Shown: piece by piece, positions 51,893 through 61,761 of the stretch
How the letters are laid out: each line of letters opens with the position of its first letter
Position numbering within the stretch: position 1 is the stretch's first letter
NCBI GenBank assembly: GCA_903842235.1
Contig: CAIMLG010000059.1
Span: 14,125-78,124 of the forward strand
DNA length: 64,000 bases
DNA from: an uncultured Verrucomicrobia subdivision 3 bacterium
GTDB lineage: Bacteria; Verrucomicrobiota; Verrucomicrobiia; Limisphaerales; UBA11358
Direction of reading: 5' to 3'
Translations under genes and position numbers: made by a program
The notes under the pieces: model-generated
The model's database searches: none
What the model was told of the DNA's origin: nothing
What the model saw: only the letters and a program-made list of their open reading frames with translations

Positions 51893-52942
51893 ATGGAACA
51901 CGCAAAACGTATCGTAGAAAAGGACGCCCCGCTAAAGAAGAGCGATTTGATCGTCATCACCGGCGCGGGCGGTTTCATCGGCGGCAACCTTGCCTTGCAC
52001 TTCAAGAAAAAGGGTTTCACCAATATCCGCGCGGTGGACAAGAAGCCGCTGTATGAATGGTATCTGCACGTGCCCGGCGCGGAAAATCTCTGCCTCGACG
52101 TGAGCCGGGAGGCAAATTGCCAGCGCGTTTGCGAAGGCGCGGTGGAAGTTTACAACCTCGCCGCCGACATGGGCGGGATGGGTTTCATCGAGCGGTTCCG
52201 CGTGGAATGCCTGCGCTCAATTCTCATCAACACGCACATGGTCGAAGCCGCCTACCAGGCCGGCACGCGCCGCTATTTTTATTCCAGCTCCGCCTGCGCC
52301 TACAACACGCTCCTGCAAAAGGATCCCAAGGTGCGCGCGCTGAAAGAATCCGACGCGTATCCCGCGATGGCGGAGCGCGGCTACGGCTGGGAGAAGCTGG
52401 TATCCGAAATGTTCTGCCAGGAATACTGGCACGAGCGCGGCATGAAGACCTTCATCGCCCGGTTCCACAATGTATACGGCCCAAACGGCACCTGGGACGG
52501 CGGGCGCGAGAAAGCGCCGGCGGCGATTTGCCGGAAGACCATCGAGGCCATGGATAAAAAGGATTTGAGCATCAACATCTGGGGCGACGGCACCCAGACG
52601 CGCAGCTTCATGTATATTGACGACTGCGTGAAGGGCATCGACATGATCACGCACTGCGATGAACTGATTGCGACGCCGATCAACCTCGGCTCCAGCGAGC
52701 TCGTTTCCATCAACGAACTCGTCAGCAAGATCGAGAGGATCGCCGGAGTGAAGCTGAAGCGTTCCTACAAGCTGGATGCGCCCAAGGGGGTGGCCGGTCG
52801 CAACTCGGACAACACCTTTATCCAGCAAGTCCTCGGCTGGGAGCCCGGCACCACACTCGATAAGGGGCTCGCCGCCACTTACAAATGGATCCAGGGACAA
52901 TACAACCACCGCAAAGCCGGCAAGCGCGTGGGCATCGGCTAG
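51893..52942 (+). CDS. NAD-dependent sugar-nucleotide epimerase (GDP-mannose 3,5-epimerase-like SDR)
   Basis: Rossmann ITGAGGFIGGNLA; YNLAADMGGMGFI and YSSSACAYN blocks. ATG 51893; the 120 upstream codons of track ORF 51533 look non-coding. Confidence 0.8.
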   Translation: MEHAKRIVEKDAPLKKSDLIVITGAGGFIGGNLALHFKKKGFTNIRAVDKKPLYEWYLHVPGAENLCLDVSREANCQRVCEGAVEVYNLAADMGGMGFIERFRVECLRSILINTHMVEAAYQAGTRRYFYSSSACAYNTLLQKDPKVRALKESDAYPAMAERGYGWEKLVSEMFCQEYWHERGMKTFIARFHNVYGPNGTWDGGREKAPAAICRKTIEAMDKKDLSINIWGDGTQTRSFMYIDDCVKGIDMITHCDELIATPINLGSSELVSINELVSKIERIAGVKLKRSYKLDAPKGVAGRNSDNTFIQQVLGWEPGTTLDKGLAATYKWIQGQYNHRKAGKRVGIG

Positions 52943-52994
52943 ACAGAGAAATCACCCCCCGGAACCGAGCGGCGCACCAAAGCGCGCCCGGTTT

Positions 52995-54134
52995 TTATTG
53001 AACTTTTTCGACGTGGATTTTCGCCGAATCGGCGATGCCCAACTGAAGCAGGCTGGCTTGGGCGTAGATTTCCGAGTTGGTTTTAAGCGCGGGCACGCCG
53101 GCGGCGGCGCGCTCCCGGGCTAGTTCCTGCAAGGCCAGCACATCCAGCGCCACCGGATCGCGACTGAGCCAGAGCTCCTGCAACGGCGCGGCATACTGCA
53201 GATAGTTTGCCGGCCCGCCCTGATACTGTCCCAGCAAGGCGTCGGTAACGTAAAGCACCGTCCGATCGCCCACGGCGGGCAAGGCGAGGATTTCCGGCAA
53301 GGCGACGGATAACCGGTCGAGATCGCCCTCAAACCGCCGGGTATTATCCACACTGCCCAGGGCCAGGCTGAAGAAATGGCCGCACAAGCCGGCAGCGTTT
53401 TCATTCAGCAGCGGGGCCACGGAAATGATTTTGGTCAGGCGCTGGCTGACGAGCCGGGAAACAAAAGATTGCTTGCCGGCGCCCCGGTTGGTCCTGCCAA
53501 ATTCCACGTCGCCCCAAACGAGCGCGCCGATCACGGGCGAATCCGGCAGGTAATACGTGTTCGGATCAAACCCGCTGTCCGCCGCGCCGACGACCCGCAC
53601 GCCGAGCGCAGCGCCCAGTTGGAAAAACCCCGCCGCGCGCAGATCCCCCGCCTGTTTATCCCAGATGATAATTTGCGGGGCCGGCACCCCCGCCGCCAGC
53701 AGGCCACGCACCAACGCCGCCACCACGGCCAGCCGGGTGCCCATCACCGGGCCGGGCGCGGAGAACACCTTAAGGCCGACCGTGTCGTTGGTCGAAAGGA
53801 GGCTGTGCCAGGCGGCCGCCACGCTGGCGGTGCGGGTCAATTGCAGCAGGGCGCGGTTGAACAGGGGGTCCACCCGCGCTTCGTCGGGCTGGAAGGCATG
53901 GAGCAGATTTTCACCTTGAGCGATGACCACGCGGCCCAGGGCGTTAGGGTCGGGCAAGGCAGCGACCTCCGGCGCGCGGGCAGGAAAAACCGCCAGCGCC
54001 AACCCCAGCGCGAGGGCGGCCCCCCGCCGCAGAAGCCGGAGCGTAAGCCAAGGCTTAATCGTCCGAGGCGGCGGATTAAGATCCCGATTCGGACTCGGAT
54101 GACGAACCCCATAGGTTTGCGCGTTTCTTGACAC
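52995..54134 (-). CDS. DUF362-like exported protein
   Basis: TAT-like LRLLRRGAALALGLALAV; TVGLKVFSAPG...GTRLAVVAALVRGL...IIIWD pattern recalled from DUF362. GTG start at 54134; no nearby ATG. Confidence 0.6.
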   Translation of the reverse strand: MSRNAQTYGVRHPSPNRDLNPPPRTIKPWLTLRLLRRGAALALGLALAVFPARAPEVAALPDPNALGRVVIAQGENLLHAFQPDEARVDPLFNRALLQLTRTASVAAAWHSLLSTNDTVGLKVFSAPGPVMGTRLAVVAALVRGLLAAGVPAPQIIIWDKQAGDLRAAGFFQLGAALGVRVVGAADSGFDPNTYYLPDSPVIGALVWGDVEFGRTNRGAGKQSFVSRLVSQRLTKIISVAPLLNENAAGLCGHFFSLALGSVDNTRRFEGDLDRLSVALPEILALPAVGDRTVLYVTDALLGQYQGGPANYLQYAAPLQELWLSRDPVALDVLALQELARERAAAGVPALKTNSEIYAQASLLQLGIADSAKIHVEKVQ

Positions 54135-54146
54135 TTCCAGTCGCCA

Positions 54147-55886
54147 ATGCTACCACCACGGCGGATGTCTGCAAAAATATTTTCGGTTCGGAGCGCAATT
54201 TTATGGATTGCGCTGGTTTCGTTCATTTCCGGCTGCACGCCCGCCGGCCCGCGCGCTTTGCTCAAAGGCAAAAAAGCGCTTGCGCGGGGGGAGCTCACGG
54301 CGGCCGTGGCGCAACTGGAAACCGCCACCCGGATCCTGGCCACCAACGCCGCCGCCTGGAACTACTACGGCGTGGCGCTGCAACGCGCCGGCCAGCCCGC
54401 AGCGGCGGCGGACGCGTATGCGACAGCGCTGCGGCTCGATCGCGATCTCGCAGAGGCCCACTTCAACCTCGGCTGTCTGCGGCTGGAGCAAAACCAGCCG
54501 GACGCGGCCAAGTCCGAGTTCACCATTTTCACCCAGCTGCGCCCCAAAGAAGGGGACGGCTGGCTCAAGCTGGGTTCCGCGCAGATCAAGCTGAACGACG
54601 CGGCCGCCGCGGAAAAAAGTTTCAGCACCGCGTATCACCTGGACACAAATAATCCGGCCGCCCTGAACGGTTATGGCCTGACCCGCATCCTGCGCGGCAA
54701 ACCGCGGGAAGCGGCGCAATATTTCACCTCCATCATCAAGACGCAGCCAGGCTTTGCCCCCGCCCTCTTGAATCTGGCCACCGTGAACCAGCAATATTTG
54801 CACGACTCCAAAGCCGCGCTGGAAAATTACCGTGCTTACCTGGCGATTTCGCCCCGGGCCGCCAATTGGGATGAGGTTAACGCCCTCGCCACCAGCTTGG
54901 AACAATCGCCCGCCGCGGCGCCGGCGCCGGCGCCCGGCGCCAAAGCCAATCTGGCCACACCCGCGCCGGAACTCAAACCCCTGCCGAAAAATTCCAATGC
55001 GACTGTTGCGGCGCGGCCGCCAACCGCCGCGCCCTCAGAACCACTGGTGAAAGTGACCCCCCCGCGCCAAGCGCCGGAGCCGGCCAAACCCACACCGATC
55101 CCGGTGAAAGTGGTCGCGGTGGCCACGCCACCGCCCATTGTGGTCGCCCCCACGGCTGATCCGGGGGCGGCGGCCACCCCACCCGCGACCCCAGCGGAGC
55201 CGGAAACGGAGCCGGCCCCGGAAAAAAAACCCGGATTCTGGCAACGCCTGCTGGGTTCCGGAAAAGCCACCAACACGTCCACCTCAACCTATGTGGAAAA
55301 AGGCGTCACGCCCCTGCCCGCCAGCAGTGAATTGGCGGCCCGCCAGGCGGCGGCGGCCGCGCCCGTAAATTTTGCGCGCTACAATTATTCCGCCCCCGCC
55401 AAACCGGCCACCGGCGACCCGACTGCGGCCCACGGCGCCTTCACCAAGGCGCAGGTGTTGGAACAGGGCGAGAAATGGGTGGAGGCAGAGCAGTGGTATC
55501 AGCGGGCGGCGACTTTTGATCCGGCGTGGTTTGAAGCCCAGTTCAACACCGCCGTGCTGGCGCACCGGCTGCGGAATTATCCCCTGGCGCTGGCGCACTA
55601 CGAACAGGCGCTGGCAATCCGGCCGGAGGCCCTGGAGGCGCGCTACAATTTTGCCCTGGCCCTGCAGGCAGCGGGCTATGTGCCGGATGCCGCCAATGAG
55701 TTGAACAAAGTGCTCGCGGCCAACCCCGGCGAAGTGCGAGCGCAGCTGGCCTTGGGGAATTTATACGCCCAGTCTCTGCGCAACCCATCCCAAGCCCGAC
55801 GGCATTACTTGAAAGTGCTGGAACTGGACCCCACGAACCTGCGCGCCTCCGACATCCGCTTCTGGCTCGCGGCCAATCCAAATTGA
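54147..55886 (+). CDS. TPR-repeat lipoprotein with central Pro/Ala-rich linker
   Basis: Lipobox LVSFISGCTP. TPR-like helices in the N- and C-terminal thirds (AAWNYYGVALQRAGQPAAAADAYATALRLD; ARYNFALALQAAGYVPDAANELNKVLAANP). Confidence 0.8.
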   Translation: MLPPRRMSAKIFSVRSAILWIALVSFISGCTPAGPRALLKGKKALARGELTAAVAQLETATRILATNAAAWNYYGVALQRAGQPAAAADAYATALRLDRDLAEAHFNLGCLRLEQNQPDAAKSEFTIFTQLRPKEGDGWLKLGSAQIKLNDAAAAEKSFSTAYHLDTNNPAALNGYGLTRILRGKPREAAQYFTSIIKTQPGFAPALLNLATVNQQYLHDSKAALENYRAYLAISPRAANWDEVNALATSLEQSPAAAPAPAPGAKANLATPAPELKPLPKNSNATVAARPPTAAPSEPLVKVTPPRQAPEPAKPTPIPVKVVAVATPPPIVVAPTADPGAAATPPATPAEPETEPAPEKKPGFWQRLLGSGKATNTSTSTYVEKGVTPLPASSELAARQAAAAAPVNFARYNYSAPAKPATGDPTAAHGAFTKAQVLEQGEKWVEAEQWYQRAATFDPAWFEAQFNTAVLAHRLRNYPLALAHYEQALAIRPEALEARYNFALALQAAGYVPDAANELNKVLAANPGEVRAQLALGNLYAQSLRNPSQARRHYLKVLELDPTNLRASDIRFWLAANPN

Positions 55887-55968
55887 ACCGGGCGGAGCGG
55901 CTCCCCGGCAAAAGGCCGCCAGTTACCGGCTCTTAATTTGCGGCGCCGGGCCGAGCCAGCGCGGCACC

Positions 55969-56388
55969 CTAGCCCACCGGAGCCCGTTGCGATGGCCGCG
56001 CGGCTTTGGCGAAAAACACAATCCCCGACCCGCCCAGCAAGCATGCCGAGACATCGCCGCAGAAGGGAAACGGGCCCAGGCCCAACCGCAAGCCGTGGAC
56101 CAGCAGAATGACACCTTCCGCGATCATCAGCCAGCCGAACCACGGAATGGCCACGGTGAATTTTTGGGGCCAGAGGGCCAGCATCAGATACCAGCCGCCG
56201 ATGAGCGCATATGCCCCGGCCATCATGCGCAGCCAGTAATCCACCATCGGGTCGTAGGCGATGGGTTGGGCGCCCAAGCCTTGCGCAAGGTCATTGACCT
56301 GCGGCCACGAGGCGAACACGCCCGCCACGGAAACGCCCCAGGCGAACGCGGAGAACCCGAGGAACAGTCGGAGGAGGCGGAGAGGCAT
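55969..56388 (-). CDS. small integral membrane protein
   Basis: ATG 56388 (MPLRLLRLFLGF...); 4 hydrophobic helices; no family recognised. Confidence 0.5.
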   Translation of the reverse strand: MPLRLLRLFLGFSAFAWGVSVAGVFASWPQVNDLAQGLGAQPIAYDPMVDYWLRMMAGAYALIGGWYLMLALWPQKFTVAIPWFGWLMIAEGVILLVHGLRLGLGPFPFCGDVSACLLGGSGIVFFAKAARPSQRAPVG

Positions 56389-56580
56389 GGCCAAACACTA
56401 GCTCAGGGCGATTCAATCTGCCAGCCCAGCCTCGCAGCTCCCCGGCAGAAAGCCGCGATTGCCCTTCCATTCCGACTCGGGCGGGCGCGCGGAACCAGTC
56501 GGGGTGGTTCCCGGGGAACGAGGTTGGCGCCGGCCAAAATTGATTCGCCAGTTTGACGGTTATTCGGCATAGTCGTGCCA

Positions 56581-57462
56581 ATGAAATCAATGACGGGATA
56601 TGGTCGCGGCGAATGTGCCCAGGACGGCTTCAAAATCACGGCGGAGCTGAGCTCGGTGAACCGCAAGCAGGCGGAGGTCGCCGTCACGCTGCCCCGCGAG
56701 GCGGAAATGCTGGAGGCGCAGATCCGGGATACGATTCACCGCAGCGTGGCGCGCGGGCGGGTCAACGCGCGCGTCTCGCTCCATACCGCGGAGGGCAAAC
56801 TTTCCGCGCGCAAGCACATCAACGCCACGCTGGCCAAGGATTACGCCGCAGAGTTCGCCCGCTTGGGCAAGCAGTTAAAGCTGACCGGGGAGGTGACGCT
56901 GGATCAGGTACTGCGCGCGCCGGGCGTTTTCCAGACGGACGAGGAACTGGCGGGCACGGAAGATTTGTGGCCGGCGGTGGAAAAGGCATTGAATCAGGCG
57001 CTCGCCGCGCTGCTGAAAATGCGCGAACGCGAGGGCGCGCATCTGGCCAAGGATTTAACGGCGCGCATCGGCAGCCTGCACGCGGCGGTGGATAAAATTC
57101 AAAAGCAGGCGCCGATGACGGCGGAAAACTACCGCCGGAACCTGCTCGAACGCATCCAAGCGGCGGGCTTGAAGAACATTGCGCCGGAGGACGACCGGCT
57201 GCTGAAGGAGATTGTGCTCTTTGCCGACCGCTCGGATATTTCAGAGGAATTGACGCGGCTGCAAAGTCATTTCCAGCAGTTTGAGGATTGCCGGAAGGCC
57301 AAGGAGCCGGTCGGCCGCACGCTGGATTTCCTGGCGCAGGAAATAAACCGCGAAATCAACACCATCGGCGCCAAGGCGAATGACGCGATCATCGCGCGCG
57401 AGGTGGTGACGCTCAAGGCGGAGCTGGAGAAATTCCGCGAGCAGGCGATGAATGTCGAATGA
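56581..57462 (+). CDS. yicC: YicC-family stress-induced protein
   Basis: MKSMTGYGRGE start and C-terminal LAQEINREINTIGAKAND block. Confidence 0.85.
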   Translation: MKSMTGYGRGECAQDGFKITAELSSVNRKQAEVAVTLPREAEMLEAQIRDTIHRSVARGRVNARVSLHTAEGKLSARKHINATLAKDYAAEFARLGKQLKLTGEVTLDQVLRAPGVFQTDEELAGTEDLWPAVEKALNQALAALLKMREREGAHLAKDLTARIGSLHAAVDKIQKQAPMTAENYRRNLLERIQAAGLKNIAPEDDRLLKEIVLFADRSDISEELTRLQSHFQQFEDCRKAKEPVGRTLDFLAQEINREINTIGAKANDAIIAREVVTLKAELEKFREQAMNVE

Positions 57463-58109
57463 TGAAAAGTCCAAAGCCCAAAGCCCAAAACCCAAAGCCC
57501 GCGCCGCCGCTGCTGATGCTCATCTCCGCGCCGTCCGGCGGGGGCAAGACGACGCTATGTCAGATGCTGCTGGAGGCGCAACCGGACATGACGCGCGCCA
57601 TCACCTGCACCACGCGCCCGCCGCGCCCCGGCGAACAGGACGGGGTGGATTATCATTTTTTCGACGCGACGGAATTTCTCAAGCGGCTGCAGGCGGGGAA
57701 TTTTCTGGAGCATGCCACGGTCTATGGCAACAGCTACGGCATCTTGAAATCGGAACTGCTCGGCAAGCTGCGCGAGGGCAAGGATGTGCTGCTGAACGTG
57801 GATGTGCAGGGCGCGGCAACGATCCGCGAACAGGCGAAAACGGAGCCGGAACTGCACCGGGCGCTGGTGACGATCTTCCTGACGCCGCCGTCGGTGGCGG
57901 TGCTGGAGCAGCGGTTACGCAAGCGCGGGGCCGATGCGGAAGCGGTCATCCAAAAGCGGCTGGCGGTGGCGCGGCAGGAGATTTCGCAGTGGAAGAACTT
58001 TGATTACCTGCTGATCAGCGGCGACCGGAACGAAGATTTGCGACAGGCACGGGCGATTCTGGAGGCGGAAAAATTGCGCTCGGCGCGCTCGGCCGCGCCG
58101 GAGATATGA
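57459..58109 (+). CDS. gmk: guanylate kinase
   Basis: P-loop ISAPSGGGKTTL and TTRPPRPGEQDGVDYHF. ATG 57459 overlaps the yicC TGA (ATGA). An alternative ATG at 57516 would exclude the heptad repeat. Confidence 0.9.
   Translation: MMKSPKPKAQNPKPAPPLLMLISAPSGGGKTTLCQMLLEAQPDMTRAITCTTRPPRPGEQDGVDYHFFDATEFLKRLQAGNFLEHATVYGNSYGILKSELLGKLREGKDVLLNVDVQGAATIREQAKTEPELHRALVTIFLTPPSVAVLEQRLRKRGADAEAVIQKRLAVARQEISQWKNFDYLLISGDRNEDLRQARAILEAEKLRSARSAAPEI
57470..57500 (+). repeat. four tandem 7-bp YCCAAAR units at the gmk 5' end
   Basis: tccaaag cccaaag cccaaaa cccaaag ccc, translated as SPKPKAQNPKP in the gmk frame. Confidence 0.9.
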
Positions 58110-58277
58110 CCGCTCCTAATCCGAATCGTGAGCCTGATCTCAATCCGCCAGGTTTGATCACGAAAAAAATCACGGGGGGATCGGGAAGCCTTGGCGTCGC
58201 CGCAGCGGATCGGCTGCAGGAAACCTCGGTTTTTTATGGCACAAAGGTGAAATCAGATTAGGATCAGGATTACGATC

Positions 58278-58808
58278 ATGAAAATCATTCTGGGGGTCAC
58301 CGGCTCCATTGCGGCGCATAAGGCGGCGGATCTCGCATCGCTGTTGACGAAAGCCCAGTGCGAGGTGCGCGTGGTGATGACGGCGGATGCCCAGCGCTTC
58401 ATCACGCCGCTGCCGTTCAAGACGCTCACGCGCCATCCGGTCGTGACGGATCTTTACGACGAGGAGGAGGGCTGGAAGCCCACGCACATCGAGCTGGCGG
58501 ACGCGGCGGATTTGCTGCTCATCGCGCCGGCCACGGCCAATGTCATGGCCAAGCTGGCGCACGGTCAGGCGGACGACGCGCTGACATGCATGGCTCTGGC
58601 GCTGAATCCCAAGGCGAAGATCCTGATCGCGCCGGCCATGAATGGCAAGATGTGGCGGCATCCGGCGACACAGGCAAATGTGGCGACTTTGAAACAGCGC
58701 GGCGCGGAATTCATCGGGCCGGCCGAAGGCTTGCTTGCGTGCGGTTACGAAGGCATTGGCCGGTTGTGGCCGGTGGAGCAAATCGCGGAACGCGCATTGC
58801 AGGGGTGA
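58278..58808 (+). CDS. coaC: phosphopantothenoylcysteine decarboxylase flavoprotein (stand-alone CoaC domain)
   Basis: ILGVTGSIAAHKAADL and IAPATANVMAKLAHGQADDAL; 176 aa with no CoaB domain. Confidence 0.8.
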   Translation: MKIILGVTGSIAAHKAADLASLLTKAQCEVRVVMTADAQRFITPLPFKTLTRHPVVTDLYDEEEGWKPTHIELADAADLLLIAPATANVMAKLAHGQADDALTCMALALNPKAKILIAPAMNGKMWRHPATQANVATLKQRGAEFIGPAEGLLACGYEGIGRLWPVEQIAERALQG

Positions 58809-58818
58809 GATTGGCGAG

Positions 58819-58836
58819 CCGCGCCGGCCGGCGCGG
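58819..58836 (+). terminator. perfect 18-nt GC palindrome after coaC (terminator candidate)
   Basis: ccgcgccggccggcgcgg followed by ttaatttcc. Confidence 0.45.
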
Positions 58837-58853
58837 TTAATTTCCTAGAGCCC

Positions 58854-60344
58854 ATGAAACACATTGATTGGGATCGCCTCAAAGGCATGCCGCGGCTGCT
58901 GGTGACGGATCGGCCGGAACCAACGGAGCAGGCGGCGCGCATTGTCGCGATGCAGCGGGATGTGGTGATGCCATCGAAGGCGGGCGTGATCCTGGTGGTG
59001 CTCTATTACCTGTTTTATTCGGACTGGGATTTTGCGCCCACGACGCGGTCGGTGGTCCAGGAGTTGCTGAAAAATTATTTTCAGATCTACGCCCTCTGCA
59101 ATTTGGTGGGGATTCTTTTCTTTTTGAACTGGCGCCGGCTGCCCGCCGGCTTGTTTCAATGGCTGGCGTTCACGATGGGGCTGCTGGACGGCTTGTTTGT
59201 GGCCGGGCTGGCGATTGTCACCGGCGGTTTTGACAGCATCGTGTTCTGGGTCTTTCCCGGGCTGATTGTATTGAATGCCCTGAGCATCCCGCTCGCCATG
59301 CCGCAAATTGTCCTCAACCTGATGTTGAGCGGGTTTTACCTGATCGTGTGCATCGCCACGCCCCTTCTCAGCCGGGACGAGACGGCCATCGTCGGGACGC
59401 CCGGACACAGCGTGGCGGGCCTGCGCGCCACCAACCCGGTGGTCCGCGAATACCCCGACTCCGCCCCCAAACCGCGCAAGCCGATTTGGTCGGATGATTT
59501 CAACGAAGACGGCCAACCGGAGGAGATTACGCCGGAAAACTTTTTTCTGCGCGCTTCCTTGCTGTGGATGCTCACGCTTTGTTGCTACGGCACCCAGGTG
59601 CTGCTGGAAAGGCAGCGCCGGGCGGTGATGGAAGCGGGTGAATTTGCCGCGCGCGAGAGCCAGTTGCACGCGGCGGGCCGGCTCGCGGCGGAATTCGCCC
59701 ACCAGATCAAAAACCCCCTGGCGGTGATCAACAATGCGGCCTTCTCGCTGCAGCGGTCGTTGCGGGAAAACCAGCCTCCGGCCAGCCAGCAGATTGAAAT
59801 CATTCAGGAAGAAGTGGCCCGCGCCGACCGGGTCATCACGCAAATCATGGGCTACGCCCAATTGAGCGAGGGCCATGTGGAAAAGCTGGACGTGGTGGAT
59901 GAGATCAATACGGCCATTGAGCAGATATTCCCCGCAGCCGTGCCCATGGAGATTACGCTGCAGCGCCAGTTCGCCACCTATTTTCCCCCGCTGCTGATGC
60001 AGCGCGGGCATCTTTTGGAAATCTTGATGAACCTCCTGCAAAATGCCCGCGAGGGGCTGGCTGACCGAGGGAGTATTCTCGTCACGGCCAGCTGCCGGCG
60101 GGATAACGCGGTGGAAATTTCCGTGGCCGATGACGGCCCCGGGATCCCGCCCGACCGGCGGGAACGGATCTTCGAGGCCTATTTCACCACCAAGGAAAAA
60201 GGCAGCGGCCTGGGGCTGGCCATCGTAAAGCACAACGTCGAACTCTACGGGGGCACCGTCGCCGTTGATTCGGAGCTTGGTAAAGGCGCAATTTTCACGG
60301 TAACCTTGCCCGCGCAAGTGCTGCCCAAACCTTTCAGCCATTGA
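58854..60344 (+). CDS. membrane sensor histidine kinase
   Basis: Multi-TM N-terminal region; H-box EFAHQIKNPLAVINN; NLLQNAREG, DDGPGIP and GSGLGLAIV boxes. Confidence 0.85.
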   Translation: MKHIDWDRLKGMPRLLVTDRPEPTEQAARIVAMQRDVVMPSKAGVILVVLYYLFYSDWDFAPTTRSVVQELLKNYFQIYALCNLVGILFFLNWRRLPAGLFQWLAFTMGLLDGLFVAGLAIVTGGFDSIVFWVFPGLIVLNALSIPLAMPQIVLNLMLSGFYLIVCIATPLLSRDETAIVGTPGHSVAGLRATNPVVREYPDSAPKPRKPIWSDDFNEDGQPEEITPENFFLRASLLWMLTLCCYGTQVLLERQRRAVMEAGEFAARESQLHAAGRLAAEFAHQIKNPLAVINNAAFSLQRSLRENQPPASQQIEIIQEEVARADRVITQIMGYAQLSEGHVEKLDVVDEINTAIEQIFPAAVPMEITLQRQFATYFPPLLMQRGHLLEILMNLLQNAREGLADRGSILVTASCRRDNAVEISVADDGPGIPPDRRERIFEAYFTTKEKGSGLGLAIVKHNVELYGGTVAVDSELGKGAIFTVTLPAQVLPKPFSH

Positions 60345-60345
60345 A

Positions 60346-61761
60346 ATGAACCTGCCGCTGTCACCCGTGCTGGTCGTGGACGACGAACTCAACATGCGCC
60401 GTTCGCTCCAAACCATGTTAAGCGACGAGGGCTACGGCGTGCGCCCCGCGGAATCGGCCGAGGCGGCGCTCCGACTGCTGGCGCAGGAGGAATATATGAT
60501 GGTGATCACCGATGCCCGGCTCGGCGGCATGAACGGCTACGATTTTCTCCGTAAAATCCGCAGTCAATGGCCGGATTTGCCGTCGCTGATGATTACCGCG
60601 TACGCCACGCCCAAGCTCGCGGTCGCGGCCATCAAGGCGGGGGCCATGGACTATCTGGCCAAGCCGTTTGCGCCGGAGGAGTTGCTGCATGCCGTCGCGC
60701 GCTGCGCGGAACGCCATCGTCTGCTGCGGGAAAATGCCACCTTGCGGTCCCGCAACCGGGAGGGGTTCGGCCTGGAAAAAATCATCGGGGAATCAACCAA
60801 AATGCGCGACCTGCGCCAGCTTATCCAAACCGTGGCCGCCACGGATGCCCGCGTTTTGGTTCTGGGAGAAAGCGGCACGGGCAAAGAGCTGGTCGCCGGC
60901 GCCATCCACGCCTTGAGCGGCCGGCGGGCGGAAAATTATGTCCGCATCAATTGCGCGGCCATTCCCGAAACGCTGCTGGAGAGCGAACTGTTCGGCCACG
61001 AAAAAGGCGCTTTCACCGGGGCGGTGAAACAAAAGCTCGGCCGCGTGGAAGAAGCGGATGGCGGCACGATTTTTCTCGACGAGATCGCGGATATGGGCAA
61101 GCCGCTCCAGGCGAAACTGCTGCGCTTTCTGGAAGACGGTTCGTTCACCCGCGTCGGCGGCACCGAGGAGCTGCGGGTGAATGTCCGCCTCATAGCCGCG
61201 ACCAACCGCAACATCGTGCAGGCCATTGCCGCGGGGGAATTTCGCGAAGACCTGTTCCACCGGCTGAACGTCGTGCAGTTCAACCTGCCGCCGCTCCGGG
61301 AGCGGGGCGACGACATTCTGTTGCTGGCGGGCCATTTCCTGACGCTATTCCGCGCCAAGATGAATAAAAATGCCACCGGCTTCACGCCCGCCGCCGGCCA
61401 GAAACTCCTCACCCACCGCTGGCCCGGCAATGTCCGCGAACTGCGCAATGTGGTGGAACGGGCGCTGATTCTCGAAACCGGCCGGGAAATCCAGCCGGCC
61501 AGCCTGCCGGATTTCCTGGTGGAATCGCGCCTGTCGGTGACGACCGCGCTCGGCTTGGCGGCGGACGAATCGCTGGACGCTGCGCTCCAGCGCCTGGAAC
61601 GAGAGATGATCCAGAGCGCCTTAAATCAGAATGATTTCAGCCTGACACGCGCCGCCGAACTGCTTAAGCTGACCCGGCATTCGCTGCGCTACCGGATGCA
61701 AAGATTGAACATGAAAATCACCGCCGCCGAAGGTGGGGAACCCCCTGCCCCTACTGACTGA
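60346..61761 (+). CDS. sigma-54-dependent response regulator (NtrC family)
   Basis: REC domain (VLVVDDE...), AAA+ GESGTGKELVAGAIH / GAFTGA, C-terminal Fis-type HTH. Confidence 0.9.
   Translation: MNLPLSPVLVVDDELNMRRSLQTMLSDEGYGVRPAESAEAALRLLAQEEYMMVITDARLGGMNGYDFLRKIRSQWPDLPSLMITAYATPKLAVAAIKAGAMDYLAKPFAPEELLHAVARCAERHRLLRENATLRSRNREGFGLEKIIGESTKMRDLRQLIQTVAATDARVLVLGESGTGKELVAGAIHALSGRRAENYVRINCAAIPETLLESELFGHEKGAFTGAVKQKLGRVEEADGGTIFLDEIADMGKPLQAKLLRFLEDGSFTRVGGTEELRVNVRLIAATNRNIVQAIAAGEFREDLFHRLNVVQFNLPPLRERGDDILLLAGHFLTLFRAKMNKNATGFTPAAGQKLLTHRWPGNVRELRNVVERALILETGREIQPASLPDFLVESRLSVTTALGLAADESLDAALQRLEREMIQSALNQNDFSLTRAAELLKLTRHSLRYRMQRLNMKITAAEGGEPPAPTD

Noticed and set aside
58124-58277. 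22-nt imperfect inverted repeat (17/22) bracketing the gmk-coaC spacer and ending at the coaC ATG
   Set aside because: The match is weak, the arms are AT/GA-rich low-complexity sequence (GATTAGG/ATCAGG units), and no consistent long hairpin could be drawn. No rpoZ-sized ORF fits in the gap.
58845-60416. 523-aa minus-strand ORF
   Set aside because: Antisense to the histidine kinase, whose H, N and G boxes are unambiguous on the plus strand.
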